A DNA stretch of 64,000 nt from an uncultured bacterium (GTDB lineage: Bacteria > Patescibacteriota > Minisyncoccia > Moranbacterales > GWC2-37-73). The position numbers were made by a program, and so were the translations under genes. Below, piece by piece: positions 1 through 9,755 of the stretch. Each line of letters begins with the position of its first letter. Position 1 is the stretch's first letter. The stretch covers positions 819-64,818 of the forward strand of contig CAILTR010000055.1 of assembly GCA_903837175.1 (NCBI GenBank), given 5' to 3'. Under the pieces are notes generated by a model that was not told the origin of the DNA, ran no database searches, and saw nothing but the letters and a program-made list of their open reading frames with translations.

Positions 1-2964
1 TCAGACTGGGATTATAGTTTAAGCACAATCGCACCGCACGCTACCATTGATACTACAACTTTTAATGCAGAAAAAACTATACTAACCGTTCATTACACTG
101 GAACACTCGTGGAGCAAATAGACAAGCATTATGTTGTTGATTCTTGGACATCGGTAGGTGGTTGGGATGTAAGGGATTTAGCTGGCAATCCTGACAATTT
201 GCAGACGATTCAGAATGGTACACCAGTTTATCCGATTGCGTTTGCCGTGACTGCTGATACCATAGCACCAACTGAATCATCGGTTATTCTTAACCAAACA
301 GCCAAAACAGTCACCACGATTTTCAGTGAGCCAGTTCAACTGAAGAATGGTTCCACCGTCACTGCCTATGGGGATGTTACAAAAAATGATCTTGGAATTT
401 ATAAACTTACTGGTACAATGACGTGGGAAAACGCTGCAGTCGGTGGTGTCGAGGTCTCAGCTGTCCACTTTTCAGATGCTACCCATCTTACGGTTACCTA
501 CACTGGAACACTTCCAGTCGGAATCTATATCGTGGATACTTTTGGAGCTGACGTGACCGACCTTGCTGGCAATAAGCTGACTGACGCTGGAGCGTTGACG
601 TTTGAAGTGACTGACGCCACGCTTCCGACTGCAACAGTAACTCATGTCGATTCAACAAAGACAATTGTCTATACTTTTAACGAACCAGTACAGCTAATCA
701 ATGAAGGTAGCCTTGTGGTTACCGCGGCTTCAGCTATAACCCCATCAATGTTAGGTATTCATGCAGTAGTTATGCCAGGAATGACGTGGGATAGTACCGT
801 AAAAGTAGATACAATTTTATCAGCCAGTTTTGACGGTACGGGCAAGATTCTAACTATTGTATATACTGGAACACTACCAACAGGAAGCTATGTCGTGGAT
901 ACGTACGGATACAGCGTAACTGATTTAGCGGGCAACGAGATAGTAGATGATCCAAGTTTGATATTTGCAGCTGATAGTACTGCACCAGCCGGTGGACTGC
1001 TAACAGTGCTGACAACAAATCATCCAACACCTGGAATTACAGTTGATACCCCAACAGCTGGCGTCTATGCTATTACTCCAGCGCTCACTGGATCGGATCA
1101 ATTAACTTCACTCACAGTTGTGGTTACAGATGCTGATTTAAACAAGACAGCTGTTCCTGCCTATATTGATGGAGGTGGAACTGCAAACGGAACAATGGTT
1201 TGGAGTAGTGGTAGTGTTTGGACTTGGACTCCAGGTTCAGCCGTAAATTTCACAGAAGGCGAACATTATCTCACAGCTACATTTGCTGATAATGCAGGCA
1301 ATACTACACTGCTGAGAGCTAACTTTACAACTGACAAGACTGCACCAGTAATTACGCGGCTAGGAACTTCACCTCTTAATGTTATATATGGCTCAACCTA
1401 TACTGATTCAGGGGCTACCGCGAACGATACTTTAGATGCAAATATTACTGAAAATATTGTAACGGTTAATCCAGTTAATACGGCTATTCCAGGTGATTAT
1501 ACAATAACTTATAATGTTGTTGATGGGGCTGGTAATCACGCCTTAGAGGTTTCGAGAATAGTACATGTGATTAAGGCGAATGCAGACTGTACCTCAATTA
1601 TTGGATATGATGACGTCTATGACGGAAGCGCTCATGGCGCATCCGGCACTTGTGAAGGCGTCGGCAGTGACGGAACTTTAGCAGGTCTTAATCTTGGCGC
1701 CTCATTTACGGATGTTCCTGGCGGTACGGCTAATTGGACCTTTACCGATACGACTGGAAACTATAATAATGCAAGTGGCAGTGTAGATATCTCGATCGGA
1801 CAAACTGAACCTGATGAGGATGGAAATGCTACGCTTAATAATAGTAATCCTCAAGTTGTTTTAACCGACGGAGAGCAATCTGTAACCATCAAAGTTACGC
1901 CCGGCACCGAAAGCCCAACCATTGACGTGAGCGCATTGCTTACAGGGACACTCCCTGAAATTACCATAAATACTGAGGTTGCTGAGGTTTTCATCCCAGC
2001 GGGGACAGTGGTAACTGGCCCGGCTGGTTGGGATGGCGTTATTAACGCACCGACAGCCGGTACGCCGAGCGGTGGCAACGCGCCAGCAGGTTTTGCAGTC
2101 GGCGAGACGGTTATTACCCTTGGCTCAGCAAGCGGGATGCTGCTCTTTAACCCAGCAGTGGTTATCACGCTTCCAGGCGTGACTGGCGCAGTGGGCTATC
2201 GTCCAGCTGGCTCGAATCAATGGATTGAAATTACGAATGTTTGCACTGGAAACTATGATGATCCAACTGGTGCACCAGCGGGTGGGGAATGCGCCATCAA
2301 TGATGGAGTTGATACGAAGATTCTAACTTATCATTTTACCTCTTTTGGCGATTTATTAGATACGAGAGCCCCAGAGACCGTCGATAATTTCAAAGGAGTT
2401 TATCGCCCGATTACTGGAGACGTTGAATTAACTTGGGATATTAACGATAGCGACACCTCGAAAGTTTTAATTTATCGCGGGACAACTTATCATTATACTT
2501 TAAACAGTCACTCACACCTAAATACCCAAGATAGGCGAGACGAGAATTATATTGATAAAGACGTTACCCCAGGCAAAACTTATTATTATAGAATAATAAC
2601 TAAAGACGAAGCTGGAAATAAAAGTGATGTCAAAGTAATTAAAATTACAATCCCAATTAATGGAAGCGTCGCCATTAGTACGCCAGAACCTACCGAGCCA
2701 GCGCCAACAGGGGCTACTATTCAAGAAGAAACGACAACCACTGGTGGATCCGGCACTTCGGTAACGGGTGGAATGAGTGGTAGTGACCAAGGCAGTTCGA
2801 CGAAAGGCTCCGTCTTAGGTGAAACAACCGACCAAGGCAATGGAAATCAGCAACCAGGCTTCTGGGCCTCGAACTGGAAATGGTTTCTAGCCCTAATCTT
2901 TGCTGGCGGGGGATTCTTCTTCTGGCTAAGGCGTCGACAGGGAGGCGGGAACGTCGTTGGCTAA
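1..2964 (+). CDS. Large cell-surface protein, 5'-partial: Ig-like 'TDLAGN' repeats, DUF5011/HYR-like module, FN3-like domain, C-terminal TM anchor
   Basis: Frame is open from base 1, so the true start lies outside the window. Repeated YxVDxxGxxVTDLAGN motifs, a DKTAPVITRLG...YTITYNVVDGAGN module, YYYRIITKDEAGN, a Thr/Gly/Ser linker, then GSVLGE + WKW + TM + RRR. Confidence 0.8.
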   Translation, partial: SDWDYSLSTIAPHATIDTTTFNAEKTILTVHYTGTLVEQIDKHYVVDSWTSVGGWDVRDLAGNPDNLQTIQNGTPVYPIAFAVTADTIAPTESSVILNQTAKTVTTIFSEPVQLKNGSTVTAYGDVTKNDLGIYKLTGTMTWENAAVGGVEVSAVHFSDATHLTVTYTGTLPVGIYIVDTFGADVTDLAGNKLTDAGALTFEVTDATLPTATVTHVDSTKTIVYTFNEPVQLINEGSLVVTAASAITPSMLGIHAVVMPGMTWDSTVKVDTILSASFDGTGKILTIVYTGTLPTGSYVVDTYGYSVTDLAGNEIVDDPSLIFAADSTAPAGGLLTVLTTNHPTPGITVDTPTAGVYAITPALTGSDQLTSLTVVVTDADLNKTAVPAYIDGGGTANGTMVWSSGSVWTWTPGSAVNFTEGEHYLTATFADNAGNTTLLRANFTTDKTAPVITRLGTSPLNVIYGSTYTDSGATANDTLDANITENIVTVNPVNTAIPGDYTITYNVVDGAGNHALEVSRIVHVIKANADCTSIIGYDDVYDGSAHGASGTCEGVGSDGTLAGLNLGASFTDVPGGTANWTFTDTTGNYNNASGSVDISIGQTEPDEDGNATLNNSNPQVVLTDGEQSVTIKVTPGTESPTIDVSALLTGTLPEITINTEVAEVFIPAGTVVTGPAGWDGVINAPTAGTPSGGNAPAGFAVGETVITLGSASGMLLFNPAVVITLPGVTGAVGYRPAGSNQWIEITNVCTGNYDDPTGAPAGGECAINDGVDTKILTYHFTSFGDLLDTRAPETVDNFKGVYRPITGDVELTWDINDSDTSKVLIYRGTTYHYTLNSHSHLNTQDRRDENYIDKDVTPGKTYYYRIITKDEAGNKSDVKVIKITIPINGSVAISTPEPTEPAPTGATIQEETTTTGGSGTSVTGGMSGSDQGSSTKGSVLGETTDQGNGNQQPGFWASNWKWFLALIFAGGGFFFWLRRRQGGGNVVG

Positions 2965-2986
2965 AACTTTAATTTAATTTTGCTAA

Positions 2987-3031
2987 AAAACGAAAAACGT
3001 TGCATTTAATTCTTGCAACGTTTTTCGTTTT
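2987..3031 (+). terminator. Intrinsic terminator hairpin
   Basis: AAAACGAAAAACGTTGCA-9nt-TGCAACGTTTTTCGTTTT just after the stop codon. Confidence 0.75.
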
Positions 3032-3089
3032 GGATTTTTGCGAAGGTGTGGTATATTTTAAAAAAGAACCTTTCTAACTTTCAACTTAG

Positions 3090-4637
3090 TTGCTAAAAAA
3101 CATCAGGAGAATTAAAATAATTTTTCAGCGTATTTTTTTACCTGGAGTTTTTTTAACGTTTAGGCAACTGGTTTTTACTGGTTTAATCTTCAGCCTAACT
3201 TTTTATCTGGCTGGTCTAAATTTTTCCGCTACGGAATTGATGACGGTCAAGGCTGAAGAAATAGCTATTGATGCACCAACTTTTGCAATACCGGATGAAG
3301 TAGGGGACGTAGTTCTTTATGCCGAGGTTGATCGGGCCGTCCTGACTGATTTAGCTCAAGCGGTAACAATTTATGTGTATGAGGGAGCAGTTAATCCAAA
3401 CGTTGATGTCAACGCTTTTATTAATAGTGAAAGTAAAGCTGGGACTTTACCTGAAATTACCATTAATACTGACGTTGCGAGTGTTTTTATCCCAAGCGGA
3501 ACAGTGGTGACTGGCCCAGTCGATTGGGATGGGATAATAAATTTGCCGACTCTTGGTGAACCGGACGGAGGCAAAAATCCTGCAGGTCTTATAGTTGGGG
3601 AGACAGTTATTACCCTTGGCTCAATAAAAGGGGCGTTAAATTTCAGTAAACCCGTCGTGATAACTTTGCTTGGCGTGACTGGTGCAGTGGGTTATCGGCC
3701 TGCCGGTTTAGGCCAATGGGTGGAAATTTCTAATATTTGTACAGGCACCTACGAAAATCCAACTGGCGCGCCAGCGGGGGGAGCATGTGTAATTAGTAAT
3801 GACACAGACACTAAAATTTTAACTTACCATCTTACTTCTTTTGGAAATTTAATTGATGAACAATTACCAGAAGTTTTTTCCGCGGAAACGCAAGATCTAA
3901 ATGGGAATGGTAAGCTCGATGCGATTAAACTTACTTTTTCGGAAAGGATCGATGACGATAGATTAGCGAAAGGCACGCCAGATAATTGGGACGTGCTTGG
4001 CTATGAAGGTGAATCAATTAGTACTGGCAGTACCGAAAATGATAAAATTCTCTGGCTTAGTTTTAGCGAAGGTTTAGCTACCGACCTGGACGCTTTGCCA
4101 ATAGTTACGTATACGCAGGCGCCACCTCCTACTAATGGGTGTAGTACTCATGACTTAGCTGGTAATGAATTAGCAAATGGTAGTTGGGAGTCAGCGGCTA
4201 AGATTTTAATTCCTGACCCACCGACCGATAGTCGCGAAAATATCGCTGACCCGGTAAATATTAGTAATGAAGTTACTGAAGTTGTTATTGATAAGAATAA
4301 AAGTAAAGCTAAACATAAAGCAGCCCACAAAAAATCCAAGGTAAAATCAGCTCAAACTATTCAGCCAGTTCGGGCTCTTGCGAAAAAAAATATTGTGCCA
4401 GAAAAAAACGCTGATATTGTGCCGGATATTTCAAAACTGGTGGCAGATATTCAACCAGCCCTAAGTAGCGGTGCAGTCCTCGGTGAGGCAACCGAGCAAG
4501 GTGATAAAAAGCAAATAGTTCTTTGGTTTTTAAGCTGGAGATGGTTTTTAATCGCACTGCTTATTCTCCTAATCATTCTCATCGCCTTAGAGAGTCTTCT
4601 CTGGCGAAAGCAACGACAAAGAAATAAGGTTACCTAA
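3090..4637 (+). CDS. Membrane-anchored surface protein sharing a ~140 aa domain with the upstream gene
   Basis: N-terminal hydrophobic segment; GTLPEITINT...KILTYHLTSFG domain; DLNGNGKLD motif; GAVLGE + WRW + TM + basic tail. Start codon uncertain. Confidence 0.75.
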   Translation: MLKNIRRIKIIFQRIFLPGVFLTFRQLVFTGLIFSLTFYLAGLNFSATELMTVKAEEIAIDAPTFAIPDEVGDVVLYAEVDRAVLTDLAQAVTIYVYEGAVNPNVDVNAFINSESKAGTLPEITINTDVASVFIPSGTVVTGPVDWDGIINLPTLGEPDGGKNPAGLIVGETVITLGSIKGALNFSKPVVITLLGVTGAVGYRPAGLGQWVEISNICTGTYENPTGAPAGGACVISNDTDTKILTYHLTSFGNLIDEQLPEVFSAETQDLNGNGKLDAIKLTFSERIDDDRLAKGTPDNWDVLGYEGESISTGSTENDKILWLSFSEGLATDLDALPIVTYTQAPPPTNGCSTHDLAGNELANGSWESAAKILIPDPPTDSRENIADPVNISNEVTEVVIDKNKSKAKHKAAHKKSKVKSAQTIQPVRALAKKNIVPEKNADIVPDISKLVADIQPALSSGAVLGEATEQGDKKQIVLWFLSWRWFLIALLILLIILIALESLLWRKQRQRNKVT

Positions 4638-4710
4638 AAATAGTAATTTCCTGTTTTTTTAAAAAAGCCAAAAGTGTGCTATAATATTAAGTAATATTAA
4701 TTTAACTAGT

Positions 4711-4747
4711 AGTTGCAAGACGTTGGAGGCTTAGCCTCCTTGCAACT
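4711..4747. repeat. REP-like palindrome (GGAGGCTTAGCCTCC) inside an AGTTGCAAG/CTTGCAACT stem
   Basis: The same hairpin occurs as a doublet at 57048-57095. Confidence 0.7.
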
Positions 4748-4821
4748 GGCCGTGATTTAATAGCTTCGGTATAATGAGGACATTCCCTTGAATATCAGCT
4801 CTTATTTTTTAAGAAAACTTT

Positions 4822-5025
4822 ATGGAAGAAATCCTAAAAAAACTCACTGAACAAGAAGTTAAAATTGACGCGATGTACGCTTCCGTCGAAAAGCTTCGGA
4901 AATATTTTATGTGGACGCTGATTATAACAGCCGTTACCGTAATCTTGCCACTATTGGTTATGATTATTGCGGTGCCTTATTTGATGAGTACTTTTTCTTC
5001 GCTGTACCAGTTGCCAATAAACTAG
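4822..5025 (+). CDS. Small single-TM hypothetical protein
   Basis: ATG ORF with coiled-coil N-terminus plus TM; TATAAT upstream. Confidence 0.7.
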   Translation: MEEILKKLTEQEVKIDAMYASVEKLRKYFMWTLIITAVTVILPLLVMIIAVPYLMSTFSSLYQLPIN

Positions 5026-5112
5026 TGGAGCCTTAAGTTAGTTTTGAATAAAGTAAATTTTGTGGTATAATAAAAAAGCAGTTCAATAAGAATAATTTTT
5101 TTAAAAACCTAT

Positions 5113-5730
5113 ATGAAAGCGAAAACAAAAGCGAAAACAAAAGCGAAAACAACAACGAAAGCGAAAGTAAAAGCAAATGTAAAAGTTAGTGGCAGTAAAA
5201 GTGGTAATCCGCGACTGGCCAGTGAATTTGCAATCGGCGTAATCTTTTTTGTGGCAGTTATCATTGGTGGAATTTTCTGGTATATGGGCATCGGGGATAA
5301 ACAGGCTCCTACGCTTAGCGAAAATCAGGTAACGAATATTACCAAGCAAAAAACCGTAGCGCAATCAGGCGCTGAAAAAGCTTCTAAAAATTTAGCGGTA
5401 GCTAGTAGTGAATGTAAACCGCATTATTATGAAGGCGAAAAAGAAGTTGAGGGTTGGCTTGTTTCGCAGGGTGAGGATGGCGTCGTCATGCTTGGCGTTA
5501 AGAAAGAAGAGCTCGCAAAGCTTCCGACTGAAAATTCTAACTTAATGGCCGATGGGGAAGATTATACTTTTAAATTAATTGATCCAACCGACGAAGTAAA
5601 AACTAAAATTAAAGATTCTTCAAAAGAAAAGCCAGTTAAATTAACTGTGCGCGGTTACGCAGAAATTTGCCAACAGCCACCGCTATTGAGTCTCCAGCCA
5701 GCAAAGGTCGCTTTCAAGAAGCAATCCTAA
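5113..5730 (+). CDS. Hypothetical membrane-anchored protein with KAKT-repeat N-terminus
   Basis: ORF with one TM; extended -10 TGTGGTATAAT at ~5061-5071. Confidence 0.75.
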   Translation: MKAKTKAKTKAKTTTKAKVKANVKVSGSKSGNPRLASEFAIGVIFFVAVIIGGIFWYMGIGDKQAPTLSENQVTNITKQKTVAQSGAEKASKNLAVASSECKPHYYEGEKEVEGWLVSQGEDGVVMLGVKKEELAKLPTENSNLMADGEDYTFKLIDPTDEVKTKIKDSSKEKPVKLTVRGYAEICQQPPLLSLQPAKVAFKKQS

Positions 5731-5790
5731 ACTAAAGCTAAAAAAAGCTTAAGGCTACTCAGAAGTTTTTAGCTGTGTTATAATCTAGCA

Positions 5791-6939
5791 ATGTTTAATA
5801 AAATTAGAAAAATTGTAAAGTCCAGCGTGGTTTTCTTTTTGATTTTCCCCGCATATATCGCTGCTCATATGGCAGTTTATTTTTCGTTGGCTTATTTTTT
5901 CCCATTTTCCTTGCCGTTCGAAAAGAATATTGTTAAATTAGTCCTGTTTTTATTGGGTGCTTTTCTCGGCTTTAGCATTATGATCTCGACGTTGCTAGCG
6001 CATCGTTGGGATAATCATTTTAACCGCAAATACTATTTTCTTTCCGGCGTCTGGGTTGGTTTGATGATAAATCTTCTCCTCTTTTTTGCTTTCGGTTGGC
6101 TGGTTATTTTATTCAGTGATTTAGTTGGAATTAATCCGCCCGAAAAAACCATCGGAGCGCTGGCTATTTTTGGGGCCGTAATTTATTCCTTGTATGGGAT
6201 TTTGAATGCCTTTACCCCGATTGTAAAAAAGATTAATGTTTCGATTAATAACTTGCCTAAAAAATGGATTGGTAAAAAAATTGTCCAAATTTCAGACGTG
6301 CATCTCGGGCATATTTATCGGGATCATTATTTAAGCGAAGTTGCTAAGCGGATTAATCGCTTAGAACCGGATGCAATTGTAATTACGGGCGATCTTTTCG
6401 ATGGCACTGACGGTAATATTGAGATTTTTATTAAACCGCTTAATCTGCTCGAGGCTCCGAAAGGTATTTTTTACGCCCTGGGAAATCATGAAACTTATTT
6501 GGGAACTGATAAAACTTTTAAAACTTTAGCCAAGACTAAAATTACTTGTCTGCGAAATGAAATTAAAACCGTAGATGGTTTGCAGTTTATCGGGATCGAA
6601 TTTCCAGGCCATGGCGAAAAAATTAATGTCGTTAAAACGATCAAAGAGATTTCGAATTTTAAGCGAGCTTGTCCGAGCGTTTTACTCTGGCATATGCCGA
6701 CTCAGGTTGCAAGAATTAGAAAACTCGGAATTTCCCTGATGCTTGCTGGCCACACGCACAAGGGTCAACTTTTTCCCTTCGGCTTTGCGACCAGTTTTAT
6801 GTTTCGTGGCTACGATTACGGTTTAAGACAAAAAGATAATTTTTCTATTTATACTTCTTGTGGGCTTGGCGCGTGGGGGACGCCGATGCGAACCGAGGGC
6901 CATTCGGAAATTGTTGAGATAACCTTAGCGAAGGGATAG
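5791..6939 (+). CDS. Membrane-bound metallophosphoesterase (YkuE/YaeI-like)
   Basis: DVHLG, GDLFDG, GNHE and GHTH motifs after N-terminal TM helices. Confidence 0.9.
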   Translation: MFNKIRKIVKSSVVFFLIFPAYIAAHMAVYFSLAYFFPFSLPFEKNIVKLVLFLLGAFLGFSIMISTLLAHRWDNHFNRKYYFLSGVWVGLMINLLLFFAFGWLVILFSDLVGINPPEKTIGALAIFGAVIYSLYGILNAFTPIVKKINVSINNLPKKWIGKKIVQISDVHLGHIYRDHYLSEVAKRINRLEPDAIVITGDLFDGTDGNIEIFIKPLNLLEAPKGIFYALGNHETYLGTDKTFKTLAKTKITCLRNEIKTVDGLQFIGIEFPGHGEKINVVKTIKEISNFKRACPSVLLWHMPTQVARIRKLGISLMLAGHTHKGQLFPFGFATSFMFRGYDYGLRQKDNFSIYTSCGLGAWGTPMRTEGHSEIVEITLAKG

Positions 6940-6947
6940 GCGGGCAT

Positions 6948-7060
6948 AAATGCCTAATGCCAAATTTAAAATGTCAAATTTCTAAGGCCTAATGCCTAAT
7001 TTCTAAGGACTATTGTTTGGGCTTTAAGGGAGCCTTAACTTTGATACCTTGAAAGATTGA
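6948..7060. repeat. Degenerate 7-nt repeat array (AATGCCT/AATTTCT) with decayed inverted arm
   Basis: aaatgcctaatgccaaatttaaaatgtcaaatttctaaggcctaatgcctaatttctaa right after the stop codon. Confidence 0.55.
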
Positions 7061-7117
7061 GGGCTATCTTTTGTATATATAAAGGTTATGCTTTTTTAAT
7101 CCTTTTTAATTAAAAGT

Positions 7118-7900
7118 ATGATTGTTTTTTCAGCTATTGTCCCGCATCCCTTGGAAAGTATCCCAGGTATCGGACAGCCTAGCGATCGAAAAAAAATTAA
7201 ACAAACGCTGGCGGCTTTTAAAGAGCTTCGAATTGCGCTGGAAAAAGCGACGCCCGATACAGTGATTATCATTTCGCCCCACGCTAAATTGGAGCGTTAT
7301 TCTTTCGTGATTAATTCAGCGAAAAAATTAGGGGGCGACTTTAGTCAGTTTGGGCTTGCGGAGAAGTATAGCTATGAAAATGACAAAGCGATTTTTAATA
7401 AGCTAGCTTTTACTTGCAAGGAAGATGAGCTTTCTTTTCGTTTGCGAAATAACCCGCTTGATTATGGCGCCCTGATTCCGCTCCAGCATCTACTAAAAAA
7501 TATCCAACCCAAAGTGGTCCATTTAGCTTTTTCGCTGATGAACTATCAGCAACATTTCCGTTACGGTCAACTTATCGAAAGCGTAATTGGCGGCCATCAA
7601 TCCAAGCGAATTGCCATTATCGCTAGCGCTGAATTGTCTCATCGGCTAACTCCTAACGCTCCCGCGGGCTTTTCGCCTGAGGCGGAAAAGTTCGACCGCG
7701 AAATTATTCATCAACTCGGGGGCAATAACTTGCTCAGCATTATGAGCATGCACAAGGAAGTTATCGACCAAGCCGCTGAATGCGGTCTGCGAGCCATTAT
7801 CATTTTAATGGGCGCTTTGCATGAAGAAAAATACGCCTTTAAATTACTCAGCTACGAAGGCCCCTCCGGCATCGGCTATCTGATGGCAAGACTGATTTAA
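7118..7900 (+). CDS. MEMO/LigB-fold protein (AmmeMemoRadiSam B-like)
   Basis: VPHP, IISPH, DYGALIPL, SAELSHRL and AECG...YEGPSGIGY motifs. Confidence 0.8.
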   Translation: MIVFSAIVPHPLESIPGIGQPSDRKKIKQTLAAFKELRIALEKATPDTVIIISPHAKLERYSFVINSAKKLGGDFSQFGLAEKYSYENDKAIFNKLAFTCKEDELSFRLRNNPLDYGALIPLQHLLKNIQPKVVHLAFSLMNYQQHFRYGQLIESVIGGHQSKRIAIIASAELSHRLTPNAPAGFSPEAEKFDREIIHQLGGNNLLSIMSMHKEVIDQAAECGLRAIIILMGALHEEKYAFKLLSYEGPSGIGYLMARLI

Positions 7901-7922
7901 GATATGATTGAATATTTCCTAT

Positions 7923-7957
7923 AAACAGCTTTTGTTTTTACGAGAGCTGTTTTTTTT
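7923..7957 (+). terminator. Intrinsic terminator
   Basis: AAACAGCT...AGCTGTTT followed by a T run. Confidence 0.65.
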
Positions 7958-8266
7958 GTTATCCAAGAGGATTTGCTTGAAGACGGGTTGAATTGGTGGT
8001 ATGATAAGGGTATTAAGGGAATTATGAAATTTTAGGCTCTATCATGAAATAAGTTGTGCAGTTCGTGCTCAGATTTGCGTCAGATTTGTTCCAAAAAAAT
8101 TGAGAAGCTATCGAGATAACTTTGAAATTTTTTTGAGCAAAGATGGTGTAAAGATGAGCGCTAGATGCATAAGTTATTTCGCGGTAGAGACTTAGTTAAT
8201 TTTGGAAATAAAAGGGTAATAAAAATTTTTTGAAAGTTACATAGCACGCTATACAATAAAAAAAAT

Positions 8267-9409
8267 ATGTCAAAAATAATCACAGCGAGCAAAGGAAATC
8301 TTTTTCAAGAAATAAAAAAACTGCTTGAAAATGCCAAAAATAAGGTTGTGCAAACAGTAAACACGACTATGGTTTTGACTTATTTTGAAATTGGTCGTTT
8401 GATTGTGGAGGATGAACAAAAAGGCAAAATTAGAGCGGAATATGGTTCAGAAACCTTGGAAATCTTGAGTAAAAAATTAATGAAAGAATTCGGTAAGGGT
8501 TGTTCAGTAACAAACCTGAAGCAAATGAAGACATTTTTCTTATTGTATAAGAAAGGTCAGACAGTGTCTGACGAATTTAAAAACTCCAAAGTGTTGTCTC
8601 GAAAAATTGAAAAAACAGGAAATCAGCAGACATTGCCTGTCAATTTTCAGGAATACCATTTTTCTCTTTCATGGTCGCACTATGTTCGCCTAATTTCCCT
8701 CAAAGATACTCAAGAGCGCAATTTTTATGAAAAAGAATGCTCAGAAAATTGTTGGTCAATAAGAGAACTTGATCGACAAATAAATTCGGCTTTGTTTGAA
8801 AGGATTGTTTTAAGTAAGGACAAGAAAGGTGTTTTGGTGGATAATTTGAAAAAATATCATACTCCAGAAAATCCCCAAGATATTCTAAAGGATCCTTATA
8901 TTTTAGAATTTTTAGATCTTGATGAAAATGTAAAATATTCCGAAAATGAGTTAGAGCAGGCAATTATTGATAATTTGCAAAAATTTTTACTTGAATTTGG
9001 CAAAGGTTTTAGTTTTATTGCTCGTCAAAAAAGATTCAGTTTTGGCTCAGATCATTTTTATATTGACTTGGTTTTTTATAATCGACTTTTGAAAGCCTTT
9101 GTATTGATTGATCTCAAAATTAACAAGCTAACTCATCAGGATTTGGGGCAAATGCAAATGTATGTGAATATGTTTAATCGCTTGGAGAAGAAAGCCTGGG
9201 AAAATCCTACTATCGGTTTAATTTTGTGCAAAGAAAAAAATGAAATTGTGATTGAATATACTTTGCCGGAAAATAGCAATATTTTTGCTCGAGAATATAA
9301 ATTGTATCTTCCGAGTAAAATTGAATTGAAAAAGCAAATCCAGAAAGCAGAGAAGTCGTTCAAGGAAAGAGAGCGAACAGCTGCTCGAATAGGCAAAGCA
9401 AAAAGTTAA
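8267..9409 (+). CDS. YhcG/DUF1016 PD-(D/E)XK nuclease-domain protein
   Basis: YFEIGRLIVE, LSWSHY, WSIRELDRQI, KDPYILEFL, IDLVFYNR, IDLK and GQMQMY motifs. Confidence 0.9.
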   Translation: MSKIITASKGNLFQEIKKLLENAKNKVVQTVNTTMVLTYFEIGRLIVEDEQKGKIRAEYGSETLEILSKKLMKEFGKGCSVTNLKQMKTFFLLYKKGQTVSDEFKNSKVLSRKIEKTGNQQTLPVNFQEYHFSLSWSHYVRLISLKDTQERNFYEKECSENCWSIRELDRQINSALFERIVLSKDKKGVLVDNLKKYHTPENPQDILKDPYILEFLDLDENVKYSENELEQAIIDNLQKFLLEFGKGFSFIARQKRFSFGSDHFYIDLVFYNRLLKAFVLIDLKINKLTHQDLGQMQMYVNMFNRLEKKAWENPTIGLILCKEKNEIVIEYTLPENSNIFAREYKLYLPSKIELKKQIQKAEKSFKERERTAARIGKAKS

Positions 9410-9483
9410 AGCAGAGATTGAGAAATAATAAAGAATCTTTTGAAAGTTATGTAACACACTGCGTAATAAAGTTTGAGGAATAG

Positions 9484-9713
9484 TGCAAGCACCTGCAAAA
9501 TATTTTCACCGAGGGAGAATTGAAAGAAGAAAAGGTATGTTCCATTTTGGAATATACCACAAAACACGGTGCTATTCTTGGTAAATAGTGGAAAAGCCAC
9601 TCAAGAAGCTTTTTATTCAGGCAGTTATTCGAAAATTTCGAATAACTCAATTGCAAGCTGATTTTGATCGCGAAGTGAAGAAATTTTTGCAAAATAATAG
9701 TCAGGAGACTTAA
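9484..9713 (+). pseudogene. RhuM-family remnant (internally deleted, frameshifted)
   Basis: Manual translation gives KHLQNIFTEGELKEEKVCSILEYTTKHGAI* and, in another frame, VIRKFRIT...DFDREVKK; both resemble RhuM-family segments. Confidence 0.65.
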
Positions 9714-9755
9714 AAGATGTTAAACTTAAAATATTAAGAAATAGTTTTTAAAAAA

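Noticed and set aside
1945-3856. DGR template/variable repeat pair, given the Avd-like genes
   Set aside because: Differences inspected are mostly synonymous and not adenine-specific; both copies are coding; no reverse transcriptase is present.
4690-4800. tRNA or riboswitch in the GC-richer intergenic patch
   Set aside because: No cloverleaf or T-loop consensus; explained by a REP-like palindrome.
5116-5170. KAKT-encoding repeat
   Set aside because: Ordinary low-complexity basic N-terminus with a codon-multiple period and no inverted partner.
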